From Azolla caroliniana (lineage: Eukaryota; Plantae; Polypodiophyta): a DNA stretch of 64,000 nucleotides. Every line of letters starts with the position of its first letter. The stretch's first letter is position 1. The position numbers and the translations under genes were made by a program. The notes under the pieces were generated by a model that had not been told where the DNA came from, made no database searches, and saw only the letters and a program-made list of their open reading frames with translations. Shown piece after piece: positions 37,201-49,691 of the stretch. The stretch is taken from assembly GCA_043228905.1 (NCBI GenBank), contig JBHGNT010000007.1, positions 16,492,001 to 16,556,000 of the forward strand. The letters are read 5' to 3'.

Positions 37201-38733
37201 AAACAGAGATAGATACTTAGGAGTTAGGGTTTGTTGCACTCAGCTGAAATTGTGGTTTCAAAGTACATCCATGCCAGATCAGGTTCTATCATTTTGTGAT
37301 TGTATTTCGTCTTATCTCTTAGTGGAAATTTCTGTTCACCGTGGTTTTCTCCTGAAATTAGGGTTTTCCACGTAAATCGGGTGTTGTCTGTTTTCGTTCA
37401 TTTTGTGACTCTATATTTTTTGGTTTGCATCTGAGTGAAAAATCTAACAAACTGGTATCAAAGCGTAGGTTCTAGATGGAAGGGGGTGTGAGTGGCTTTC
37501 TGGGGATGATTGTCCTAAATTCACAAAACTACTCAAACTGGAAGATCAAAATGGAAGATCTTTTGATAGTCAAAGATTTATATGAGCCTATAGAAAATAA
37601 GGATATATATCGATATGGGTAATAGAATCTGAGTGGAAAACTCTACATAGAAAGGCAGTGGCAACTATAAGACAATGTGTAGACATTAGTGTTCTACAAC
37701 ATGTAGCAAGTGATACCAATGCCTTTGAGTTATGGCATAAACTCTCTGCACTTTACGAAAGGAAAAATGCCCTAAATAAAACTTCTCTAATGTGGAAAAT
37801 AGTGAGACTAAAGTACGTTGATGGGGAGAGCATTGTAGATCACACAATACTTTCATGGGACTGGTGAATCAATTAGCATCAGTGAAGTTCCCATTAGATG
37901 ATGCTATGCAGGCCACGCTATTACTATGTACTCTACCAGATACTTGGGAAAACCTAATAGTGACACTCAGTACTTCATGTAAATAAGACAACCTATGTTT
38001 ACAAGTAGTAAAAACAAGTATTTTAAATGAAGAGACAAGAAGAAAGGATAAAAGTGTCTTGTCTCAATCGGAAGCCAATGTGACCCAATAACTTAGTAGA
38101 GGACGAAGAGAACACAGAAGTCCAGAAAATGGAGATAGGTTTTATGCAAGGTCGAAATCTAGAGGAAGACCTACATGCTTCTATTGTGGGAAGCTTGGTC
38201 ACTTCCAAAAGAATTGTGGACACCTTAGAAAAGGACAACGGCATGGCTGATGAGGTCGAACCTAGAAATATTTCTAAAGATAAAAACACCTCAGCCATTG
38301 CAAATAGAACTTGCTCACAAATATTTCTAATGATAAAAACAGATAAAAACTAGTGAGGAAGAGATGTTATTTATCTGTGAGCAAGTTAGTGTGAATCTTG
38401 CAAATGTAGAGTGCTCATGGGTAGTGGATTCTTGTGCATCATTCCACCTAACTCCTAAAAGAGAATGTTTCTCATCTTACACATCCGGTGATTATGGCTA
38501 CGTAAGGATGGGAAATGACAGTGAATGCAAGATTGTGGGCATAGGAAATGTGTGTTTGCTGACATCTACTGGCTACAGGTTAATGTTGAAGGATGTACGC
38601 CATGTTCCAGATGTCAGATTGAATCTGATATTGGCCGGACAGCTAGATGACGAAGGCTACAGTGGTGGTTTTCGAAATGGCACATGGAAGTTCTGTAAAG
38701 GGAGCCTGATTGTGGCTCGAGCTCAAAAACAGA

Positions 38734-41700
38734 TGTAAAAGATTGCTTGCGGAAGTGTTAGAAAGAACAATACACAGAGAGAGAGAGAGTACACGGGACA
38801 GACAAAGAGAGAGAGCAAAACACACTATTTTTCAAAATTATATGAATACTCTGTGCTCTGTATCTACAACGCGCTCATCAGCGCTATTTATACAAGTCCA
38901 CACGGGACTGTTAGAAGTACGGTGTACTTCAATGCTCACACGAGCATCTGACACTAACTACGAGACTATAACTGCCTAGTAGTCTAACCTATACTAGGCT
39001 TCTGGTTACGGATTGGATCCGGCATACCGGCTCCCCAACTCACCGGTCCTTACTGCTTACCGGCTCGGTTGCTCACAGGCATACTGATTCATCTCGCTTA
39101 CCGGATCAGGCTTATTCAACCGATCCGGGTCTGGTTGAGCTTGCCGCTCAACACTCCCCCTCAAGCTCAACCTGAGGTAGGGTCGTAGTGTCAACCTCTG
39201 TGACAGTCGGTTCTTCCAACCGACTTCTCCTAGCGTCGCTTCGCCTTGCTCGCGCTCCTTGTCCGGTCCGGTCCCGTTTGCCGCGACCCCTTTGGTTCTG
39301 CGTGCCTCAACCTTCGGCATGTCTGCTCAATAGGCCCATCTCAGCTCCTTCGCTGCTATGACTCCGGCGCTTGCCGATCCGTCGATTCCTCCGCGATGGC
39401 ATCGACTTCCGTTGCGTCCATGTCTCCTTGGCCTCTCGTTGATCCGACTCATTCGGATCCGTCTGTTGATCCGAATCGGCTGTCTCCGACTCGTTCCAGC
39501 TCTTATCCGAATCGGTATCCTCTGATTCGATTTTCGGCTTCAAGCCTCTCACCACATCGGACCACGTCCGGGTCTTGGCCTTCTTCGTCCTTCCCTTGGC
39601 ATCTTCAGCCGGTTCACCGACTTGTTTGGATGTGCCGACTTCCTTCGTCGACTCGGCTTCATTTTTCTTCTTGTCTCCACCTCTACCGGTTCTTCTCTTA
39701 CCTACGGGTTCAACAATTTTTTTGCCTTTGCCCATTTCGGTAGTGTCTTTGCCCTTGTGTCTCCCCCTCAAGTGCGGCGCGTCGAGATGCTGAACACCAA
39801 GCATTTCGGTAAAGTGCTACAACTTGTCCGACCCAAGCGGCTTGGTGAAGATGTTGGCAACTTGCCGATCCGTGTGAACATACCATAGTTCAACTTCACC
39901 GCTCAGGACCCGCTCACGCACGAAGTGATAATGCACTTCTATGTGCTTTGTGCGAGCATGGAACACAGGGTTCTTGGCGAGCTGCATGTTGTTGAGGTTA
40001 TCGCAGTAGATCAGGATCGGGGTTGGTACTTCGATCTGCAGGTCTTGCAGCAGTCGCCGAAGCCAAATGGCTTCGTAGGTGGCAATGGTGCCGCCCCGGT
40101 ATTCAGCCTCAGTGTTGGATAGAGCCACTGTTGGCTGCTTTTTGCTGCTCCACGCAACAGCCACGCTCCCAAGAGAAAACATAAAGCCGGAAGTTGAGCG
40201 ACGATCCGTTGCATCGCCAGCCCAGTCGACATCCGTGTAGCCGACAAGCTCTTCGGTTATACCTTGCCGGTATAAGAGCCCCCGATCCTTAGTGCCGCTT
40301 ACATACCTCAGTATTCGTTGCGCACACTGAAGGTGCTCCACGGTCGGCTTCTGCATGAATTGGCTTACCACTCCGACCGGATAGCTAATGTCGGGTCGGG
40401 TGATGGTCATTTAAATGAGGCTTCCGACTATTTGTCGGAACCGTTTCTCATTGAAGGCTGGTCTGGAGTTGGGACGGATCTTCTGATTCCGGTCCAGGGG
40501 TGTGGAGACAGGTTGGCATTCCGTCATGCCGAACTTGTACAGTATATTCAACACATAATGGCGTTGAGAAAGCAATATGCCGTCGGGGGTGTGGATCACC
40601 TCGATCCCCAAAAAATAATGAAGGTCCCTCAAGTCCTTCATATCGAATGCGTCCGACAACTGGGACTTGACGCGGTTGATTTCCGGAAGACCTGGACCGG
40701 TGATGACTAAATCATCAACATAGAGTAAGATACATACCAGACCGTTTGAGCCTTGACGGATGAATAGGGAAGAGTCCGACTTAGAGGCAACAAACCCCAT
40801 CTTTCGCAACCGGTGCATGATCTTAGCATTCCAAGCATGGGGGGCTTGCTTCAAGCCGTACAACGACTTCCTCAGCAGGCATAATGCCGACTTGTTCACC
40901 TCCGACTAAAATCCGGGGGGCTGAGTCATAAAGACTTCTTCTTCAAGATCTCCTTGAAGGAAGGCATTCTTCACATCCATCTGATGAAGATGCCACCCCC
41001 TTGCCGCAACAACCGCCAGTACCACACGAACCGTCGTCATCTTCGCTACAGGAGCGAAGGTCTCGTCATAGTCGATTCCGTGGGTCTGCGCATATCCCTT
41101 CGCCACTAACCGGGCCTTGTACCGGTTAACCATACCATCGGCATTGTACTTTACCTTGTACACCCACTTGCATCCGATCGGTTTATAGTGACGGGGAGGG
41201 TCAACCAGGTCCCAAGTTTCGTTGGCATCCAGTGCCAACATTTCTTCCTCCATAGTGGCACGCCAATTTGTGTCCTTTGCCGCTTCTGTGTAGCTCTCCG
41301 GCTCACGCACTTCCGCGACCTTGGTCATGTACGCATAATGATGCGCCATGTACTCGTTATACCCGTACCATTTAACGGGTCCTTCTGGCGGGTGGATCGG
41401 CGTAACTCACCATTACCCGGTATGAGACCCTTCTTGGCCGGTTCGGTCTTCGTTCCCGAAGATCTGCCTATGTCCTTGCCGAAGTCAGATACGCACCGAT
41501 CTGACTCATCATTGCCGGTCTTGAATTCCGGCATCTTCTGCTTCCCTTTCTCTTTGCGTGTGAACCGTCTCCTCGGTTCCTTGCGCGGGGAGAGCACGAT
41601 AGAGTCTCCACTACTCGCCGTCTCATCATCCGACTGGTTGGACTGATCCAGTCTCTCATTCGGTCCGCTTAACCAGAACGATTCCGGACTCTCATCTTGA

Positions 41701-44578
41701 GTCCCGACTTCATCTTTCTCTACCTGGGCCGGTTCGGGCTCACTAGCCCCATCTTCCGACATCGGGTCGGGATCGGAAGTCGGAGTCGGTAAGGAATACC
41801 ACGATGCCGATTCATCAAACTCGACATCTCGGTTGACTCGGACCTGCTTCGTCCGGGGGTTAGAACACTTATACCCCTTTTGCTCTTGAGCATAGCCGAC
41901 TAGGATGCATTTTTCCGATTTTGCATCCAACTTTCTCCGCTTCTCATCCGACACATGTACATAGGCTATGCTACCGAATATCCGGAGGTGTCTCAAATTC
42001 GGCTTGCGCCCGGAATACAGCTCGTGAGGTGACACCTTGTCCCCGATCCGGTTCTGGATGTAAACGGCCGTTTGGACCGCCTCCGCCCAGTAGAACTTGG
42101 GCATGCTCTTTTCCTCCAGCATTGCCCTAGCCGCGTCAATCAGTGACCGATTCTTCCTTTCGGCCACACCAGTTTGTTGCGGTGTGTATCTGCAGTTGAA
42201 TTCTCACCGAATTCCTTTTTGTTGCAGATAGCTGTTGAATTGGCCGGAAAAGTACTCTTTTCCGCCATCCGACCGTAGGCATTTGATCTTCCTCTCCGAT
42301 TTCTGTTCCACCATCTTTTGGAGGCTCCGGAAACACTCGAAGACTTCGCTCTTCCGCTCAATGAGGTAGATCCACGTATGCCGCGTGTAGTCGTCGATGA
42401 AGGAGACGAAATATCGACTCCTGCCAATGCTAACATTTTGTGCCGGTCCCCACACATCCAAATGGATAAGATCGAGCTTGTTACGAGTTCGATTTCTTTC
42501 GGTGGGAATGGAAGCTAGTGTTGCTTCCCGAGTTGGCAGGCTTCACAAATCTGGGCTCTCCGGCCGCTAAACTTCGGCAAACCGAAAACGACTTGTTCCG
42601 TTTGCAGGTCTTGAAGCCTCCGGTAGTTGACGTGGCCGATCCGCTTGTGCCACAGGTCGATATCCGACTCGACCTTCTGTCCTTTGGCGAACAGTGCGGT
42701 GCCGACGTCATTGGTGTTGAGGATAAACATCCTCCCATCTCTGCGCCCTTGCGCAATAACTTCGCTCTCATCCTCAATGAAGCACCCGAGGTGCGTAAAC
42801 CGCACCTGCATCCCCTGGTCGACGATCTGTCTGACCGACACCAGGTTCTTCGTGATCGTCGGAACATGTAATACATTCATCAGCTTCCCCCTCTGTTCGA
42901 CGTGGCTCAAAGGGACTTCTCCGACGTGCACGATCGGGTGGGGAGTGTCGTCTCCGGTTTCGACAACTCCCGGTTGATCCGACTTCTCCATAAAGGAGAA
43001 CCACTCCCCGTGGCTCATCATGTGGTTCGTTGCGCCGGAGTCAACGTACCACACTTCCTCCGATTTGGAAGTGGTCTTCGTCATTGAGTTTGCCTTGTGC
43101 TTCATCACCAAGGCTGGCCCCTTACCGTTCTTGGATCCTCCCGATCCGTTTGCGTAGTGCGAGCTTTGCCGACCTTACTTACCGGTCTTGCTGGATCCGG
43201 ATTTGTGCGAATCGGCACGCTTTCTCCAGCACTCGCTTTCCTTGTGGCCCTTTTTGCCACAATACCAACATTCCGTAGCGGATTTGTCTTGCCGGCCTCC
43301 GGCACCACCTTGACTCCCCCTGCTTGTGGAAGTCCCGGAACTGCTGTCGGCATGCTCACTGTGCCTTCGTTCCTGCTCTTGCCGGCCGCCTCCATTGCGT
43401 GCCGACTTGCCTCGTCCACCACGCCCGCGAGACCGATCCGCTCCCGTGTACAGCATCCGGCTGTCTGGGGATGCATTGGTAGATGCACCAACGTGGTTCT
43501 CCTCTACAAGGAGCATCGATTGTAAGTCGAAAAATGAGGGCGTATTCTCCCTTGTACAAACCGCAGTCTGGAAAGCTCCGAACTTGGACGCCAGGCCTCC
43601 AAGACAGACCTACACCACCTCTTCTTCTTCTATGGTGACGTTAATCGAGGCAAGCGAGTCACAGATCCCTTTGATCCGGTCTGTGTAATCTGCCATCAAC
43701 ATGTTCTTCTGTCGAACATTGCTCAACTCTTGTCTGAGTTGCACCTTCCGGGTAGTGGTGCTTGCGGCGAAAACCTTTTTCAGGTTTCCCCAAGCATCCT
43801 TCGGTGTCTTGGCGTCACAGATATGGCTGAGCAGCTGGTCACCGACACTGGACGCAAAGCAGTACATCACCCTGCTTGCCGCCTGTTCCCACACTGGGAA
43901 GTCCTTGTGTGTCGTCTTCGGTGCTGAGTCGTTCACTTCGTCGGCATAACTCCAGTAGCCATGCCCAAGCAGGTACTGGTGCATCTTGTATGACCAAGAT
44001 GCGTAGTTGGTTCTGTCGAGCTTCTCCACCGAGAGCGACGTAGCCATACCTCTGTCCATTTCTCTTTTTGTGTCTGTTTTCCGATCTATTAGGGTTTCCT
44101 TCACAAGCGTAGATGTCTGCAGTAGAGGTTCTCAACCCACGCGCTCTGATACCATGTAAAAGATTGCTTGCGGAAGCGTCAGAAAGAACAATACATAGAG
44201 AGAGAGAGAGAGAGAGTACGCGGGAGAGACAGAGAGAGAGCAAAACACACTATTTTTCAAAATTATATGAATACTTTGTGCTCTATATCAACAACGCGCT
44301 CACCAACGCTATTTATACAAGTCCACACGGGACTGTTAGAAGTACGGTGTACTTCAATGCTCACACAAGCATCTGCCACTAACTACGAGACTATAACTGC
44401 CTAGTAGTCTAACCTATACTAGGCTTCCGGTTACGGATTGGATCCGGCATACTGGCTCCCTAGCTCACCGGTTCTTACTGCTTACTAGCTCGGTTGCTCA
44501 CCGGCATACCGATTCATCTCGCTTACCAGCTCAGGCTTATTCAGTCGATCCGGCTCTGGTTGAGCTTGCCGCTCAACA
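38734..44578 (-). mobile_element. Near full-length Copia (element C) inserted in element B
   Basis: LTRs 44155-44578 and 38734-39153 are TG...CA with ~25-30 mismatches by eye. The tRNA-iMet PBS is at 44143-44154 and the PPT at 39154-39165. TSD ACAGA/ATAGA. Domains are gag with CWYCGKKGHKESEC, PR (YVDSGA), IN, RT (LLYVDD) and RNaseH, with scattered stops and frameshifts. Confidence 0.95.
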
Positions 44579-47386
44579 ATAGAACATGTATGTAATGCAT
44601 GCAAAATTGTGCCAAGATGAAGCAAATGTAGTGGATGATTGAGGTGGTGAGTTGTGGCATAAAAGGCTCGGGCACATGAGTGAAAGGGGAATGCATATCC
44701 TTGCTGAAAAAGATTTTCTACCAAATGTGAAAGGATTACACCTTGAAAGGTGTATGGACTGATTGGTTGGAAAGCAAAATAGAACAACCTTTTACTCTAG
44801 GCCTCCGATGAGAAGAGAACATGCTTTAGAATTGGTTTACATAGATGTGTGTTATGTGGCTGCTCCATCACACCGTGGTGGACAATACTTCGTCACATTT
44901 ATTGATGACTTGAGTAGAAAGGTGTGGGCTTTTTTGTTGGTGTCTAAAGACCAAGTGTTGTCAATCTTTAAAGAGTTTCATGCAAGGGCAGAAAGAGAAT
45001 CTGGACAGAAGTTGAAAGTTGTCCAGATAGATAATGGTGGTGAGTATAGAGGCCAATTTGAGATGTATTGCAAGACTCAAGGCATCAGACTTGAGTATAC
45101 GATGCCGAAGACACTTGAGCTGAATGGTTTAGCAAAGAGAATGAATCGAACCATAATGGAAATGGTAAGAAGAATGTTGGCGCATGCAAAATTTCCAAAG
45201 TCATATTGAGCTGAGGCAATGTTGACAGCTGTCTACCTTATAAACATGTCTCCTTTAGTCCCTTTGAAGGGGGATGTCCCACAAAGGGTGTGGACAGGAA
45301 GGAGTGTTTCTTATCAACATTTAAGGATGTTTCGATGCTTGGCCTATGTACATGTTGCTAAAGATCAGAGATCAAAGCTGGACAACAAGTCCAAGCCTTG
45401 CATATTCTTGGGATACTTGAAAGACGAGTTCAGGTATAGAATGTGGGATTTCCTTGATAAGAAAGTGATAAGAAGTCGAGATGTTATATTCATGGAAGAC
45501 TGGAAGCAACAAAGACCAGAGTCGTCTTCCCAATCGACTACTGTAATGGAGTTGACACTAGTCGATCCCACTCCCACACAACCAGTCGGCACACAATAGC
45601 CAGTTGGTGAAGCCGAATATGAGTTGGCCGACACTCAACGACAAACAGATGCACACGAATCTGAGTCGGAATATGAGCTGGTAGAAGAAACCAAATCTGA
45701 GTAGGTTATTGAAGGAAGAAGATACCCACTAAGACAAAGGAAAACCTCTTCTCAGTATCCAGCTAGTCAATATATTCTCTTGACTGATGAAGGGGAACTA
45801 GAATGCTATGAAGAGGCCATGACTGATGTACACAAGGAGAAATGATATAATGTCATGCAAGAAGAAATGGATTCCTTGCATGAGAACTTTACATATGAGC
45901 TTATGGAGTTGCCTGATGGTAAGAAGGCACTTAGAAACAAATGGGTCTACAAATTAAAGACTAGAGAAGACGGAAGTACACCCAGGTATAAGGCTCGCAT
46001 AGTTGTGAAGGGTTTCCAACAGAAAAAGGGTGTTGATTTTGATGAGATTTTTGCCCCAGTTGTCAAGATGACTTCCATCCGAACTATTTTGAGTATGGTT
46101 TTCATTATGAATCTAGAAATTGAACAATTGGATGTTAAAATAACATTCTTGCATGGTGAGTTGGAAGAGGAAATCTAAACGCAAGAGCTAGAGGGTTTTG
46201 AGGTAAAAGGTGTTGAGCGGCAAGCTCAACCAGATTTGGATCGGCTGAATAAGCTTGAGCCAGATCGGTATCCGGAAGGATGAGCTGGATCGGTAACCAG
46301 TTGGTATCCGGAAGTAACCGGCCGGATCAGTGAGCCGGTGAGATGAACTCAAGTGCTAACTGGAAGCCTAGTAGTAGCATAGATTACTAGGTATTCATTG
46401 TCTCGTAGCTAGTGTCAGTCGCACGTAGGAACATTGAAGTACACTGTACTTCTGACAGTCCTTCAAGGACTTGTATAAATAGTGAAGTTGAGCACATTGT
46501 ATGTACGGAGAAACACGCAGAGTGTTATTATTTTTGAATCTAAGATTTTATGTTCTGCTCTCTCTGTCTCTCCCTCTCTTGTGTACGCATATCTTCTGAG
46601 TGTTGATTTTTTCTAATTTGGCTTTCTTCTTGTCTGTTGCTACCCGGCAAGACGGTCTTGTCTAATGCTTCCGCACTAAAGTTTTCACATGGTATCAGAG
46701 CGCGAGGGTTGAGAACCTCTGCAACCGACATTTGCTTTCGAAGACAAGCCCTAACACCCGGTAAGAATAGAAAGAGACAGACATGGACAGAGGTATGGCA
46801 ATTACTCTTCCTGGTTTACGCACCTTGGGTGCTTCATCAAGGAAGAGGGCCAGATTATTGCACAAGGGCGCAAAGATGAGAGGATGTTCATCCTCGACAC
46901 CAACGATGTCAGCACCGCCTTGTTTGCCAAAAGACTGAAGACTGAATCAGATATCGATCTTTGGCACAAGCGGATCGACCACATCAATCACTGGAGGCTT
47001 CAAGACCTGCAGTCGAAACATGTTGTGTTTGGATTGCCAAAGTTTAGTGGCCAGAAGGCTCAAATATGTGAAGCTTGATAACTTAGGAAGCAACACCGGC
47101 TTCCATTCCCCACCGAACGAAACTGGAGCCGTAACAAGCTCGACCTAATCCATTGGGATGTATGGGGACTAGCACAGAACATTAGTCTTGGTGGGAGTCG
47201 ATACTTCGTCTCCTTCATCGACGACTATAGCCGCCACACGTGAATCTAGCTCATTGAGAGGAAGAGTAAAGTCTTCGAGTGTTTCCGGAACCTTCAACGT
47301 TTGGTTTAGATCAAGTGCCTGTGGTGTCGCGTTGTTACACGCGTGCGTGGAGAAAGAGGTGGGACCACGAGGGCCTTGAACCGAGG

Positions 47387-47450
<64 letters not shown>

Positions 47451-47455
<5 letters not shown>

Positions 47456-49691
47456 AAAGAAAGAAAGATGTATTAACGTCTTCTAAGGCCAAATTTGGCC
47501 CATGAGACAATTGGTTTACAACAATAGAGTATTTATCCAGTCATCATAACTAAAATAAAATTAAGTAAAAAAATAGAACTTAAACTAAAAGAGTTCTAGT
47601 AGTGTACAATATGTAGTATACTCGAAAGTGACCATACACTAAGCCTAATTTTATTTCCACCCAAGCCTCTCGAAAAGAAGTGGGGGGTCAAAGGGTCTTG
47701 ATGTGGGTTCCAATGTAGAGAGTGCCCTAACCATGGCTTCTAGGCGGTGTAGCTCACGTTCCCTTATTTTCAATATTGCTTCCACATCACGTCGAGTTGC
47801 TTTGAAACCTGGCACCCGAGGACGTCTGATTCTTCTCTGGTTTTCTGCCTCATCAATGGAAAGGCCGAGTGGTGCAAGTGTGTCGGCATTCGTTGTCTCC
47901 TCAGGTTCCTGAAAAACTTCATTTGTTACATGTTCGTGATCATTAGCAACATTATTGTCAACATTTTGTAACTTATTCTCTCTGTGTTGTTTTAGCTCTA
48001 GAATGTATTTGCCTAATTTCTTTATATCTAGAGTATCTAATAGTTTGGGGAGGGTGGGAGACGGACCAAGTATGTCTTGGTATTTTGCCCTTATCTCAGC
48101 ATAGGTTGGACACTTGCATGTAAAGTGGTACTCATCCTCTATCTCTATGTGACATAACCTACATATCCTTTCCTCCCTAGGGACTCCACTAGTATGGCCA
48201 TTTTCAATCTCAAGTTGGTGAGATGATATTCTAAGTTGTCCAATGGCAACCCTTAGTGCATGTGGTAAGAATACATCTAGATATTTTGTCCGCGTGATAA
48301 AACCTAACTCAGAGAAGTGCATGAAGTGTTTCTTATAGTACGACATTTTAGATGGGAGTGGCTCTAGTGGGGTGATCCATTTACACCGAGTGTAAATTTG
48401 CCATATTTCTTGGCATATTACTTTATTGCGGTTCTCATGAGAGATTAAGGTGTTATCACTCGTGTGGTTGTACCTAAGGGGAGGTAGGTTATTAATGTCT
48501 AGACCATTCGCAAGAAGCCAACTCACCATCATGCCATACCATGAGTTAGTATAGCCGGACTCATACAATGATCGAGAGGCCTTAAAGGCTTGATGAGATA
48601 TTCTATCATGTGGTTGGCTATGTATCCTATCAATGAAGACTACAAGTTGAAAAAGTGCCTCTACTAGCATTGGGGGTAACATGAACTCGGCCCTAATAAT
48701 GTCATGTGGTACAGTCGATTTGCTTCGGAGTTGGCGTGATAGCATCATCACCAATGGTCTCTCTAATTGCGTCCACATGAAGGATGGTAATCCTGGAGCC
48801 CAAACCGCAGATGCATACATGAGGGAGGGGGTCACTAATGAGTGAAAGAGCCACCCTTTAGTCCGTGGCTCTTGAAAGTGTGCTTGGTGGCATTGTCTCT
48901 CTAGGAGTGAGAGGGATGCATGTCCTCTCGTGAGTCTATCCTTCGCTGCCTGTGTCATCAAAAATTTACCTGAGCGGGCACTAAAAGTGACTCCGAGATA
49001 GACGTACGATCCAACCACCTCGACTGGGCTACGGGAGATAGTTAGGTGACACTTAGCTCTAACTTGGGCCGATGTGTGGAAGATAAGGACTTTCGTTTTC
49101 CCTAGATTCACTACCAATCCTCGTTGTACACAAAAGTCATCTAAGGCATTAAGGTGCCTCTGTAGGTCGTGTTCGGATTCAGAGAGCAAAACTATGTCAT
49201 CCGCATAGAGCAAGATACGAACCTGCGTATCCCCAAGGACCACTCCGGTGCCTCCCTCACGAGCAATAAAATCTGTGATCTCATCAATGTAGATCCCAAA
49301 AAGCGTCGGTGATAGGGGGCAACCTTGTTTTACACCAATAGTGCTAGTGAAACGATTGGATAGGCCACCAGGGCATCGGACACACCCGGACACTTGTTCA
49401 TATAGTGCGTAGATGGCCCATACCATATCATCTGGTATCCTCAAGCTTTTAAGTCTATCAAACAACCGCTCTCTAGGGACTGTGTCAAAGGCTTTGCGGA
49501 AGTCCACAAAACAACAATATAATTTCTTCTTGCGAGCCTTAGTTTGGTCAATTAGGCATCTAAGTGTGAAGATATGATCAATAGTGGAGAAGGCTCGTCT
49601 AAAGCCAGTTTGTTCAGGTGCACGAAGGTTTAGGGTCTCCATGTAGTCGCTAAGCTCAGCTTCCATTATTGCACCATATAACTTAGCAAGG
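47451..49691 (-). mobile_element. 5'-truncated non-LTR retrotransposon (LINE, RTE/RTEX-like) inserted in the (GA)n tract of the element E 3' LTR
   Basis: Gypsy LTR sequence stops at the GA run near 47390-47450 and resumes at GAGAGATTCGCAAAT at ~49693. The insert encodes a LINE RT, and its 3' end is (TTTC)n/(TC)n with no poly-A. Confidence 0.9.
47651..49666 (-). CDS. LINE ORF2 remnant: reverse transcriptase, C-terminal Cys/His finger and extension (endonuclease lost by 5' truncation)
   Basis: 671 aa without stops: QTGFR, FVDFRKAFDTV, GVKQGCPLSPTLF, LLYADD, YVYLGV, RICRLC...EDEYHFTCKCPTY. Confidence 0.9.
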   Translation of the reverse strand: MEAELSDYMETLNLRAPEQTGFRRAFSTIDHIFTLRCLIDQTKARKKKLYCCFVDFRKAFDTVPRERLFDRLKSLRIPDDMVWAIYALYEQVSGCVRCPGGLSNRFTSTIGVKQGCPLSPTLFGIYIDEITDFIAREGGTGVVLGDTQVRILLYADDIVLLSESEHDLQRHLNALDDFCVQRGLVVNLGKTKVLIFHTSAQVRAKCHLTISRSPVEVVGSYVYLGVTFSARSGKFLMTQAAKDRLTRGHASLSLLERQCHQAHFQEPRTKGWLFHSLVTPSLMYASAVWAPGLPSFMWTQLERPLVMMLSRQLRSKSTVPHDIIRAEFMLPPMLVEALFQLVVFIDRIHSQPHDRISHQAFKASRSLYESGYTNSWYGMMVSWLLANGLDINNLPPLRYNHTSDNTLISHENRNKVICQEIWQIYTRCKWITPLEPLPSKMSYYKKHFMHFSELGFITRTKYLDVFLPHALRVAIGQLRISSHQLEIENGHTSGVPREERICRLCHIEIEDEYHFTCKCPTYAEIRAKYQDILGPSPTLPKLLDTLDIKKLGKYILELKQHRENKLQNVDNNVANDHEHVTNEVFQEPEETTNADTLAPLGLSIDEAENQRRIRRPRVPGFKATRRDVEAILKIRERELHRLEAMVRALSTLEPTSRPFDPPLLFERLGWK

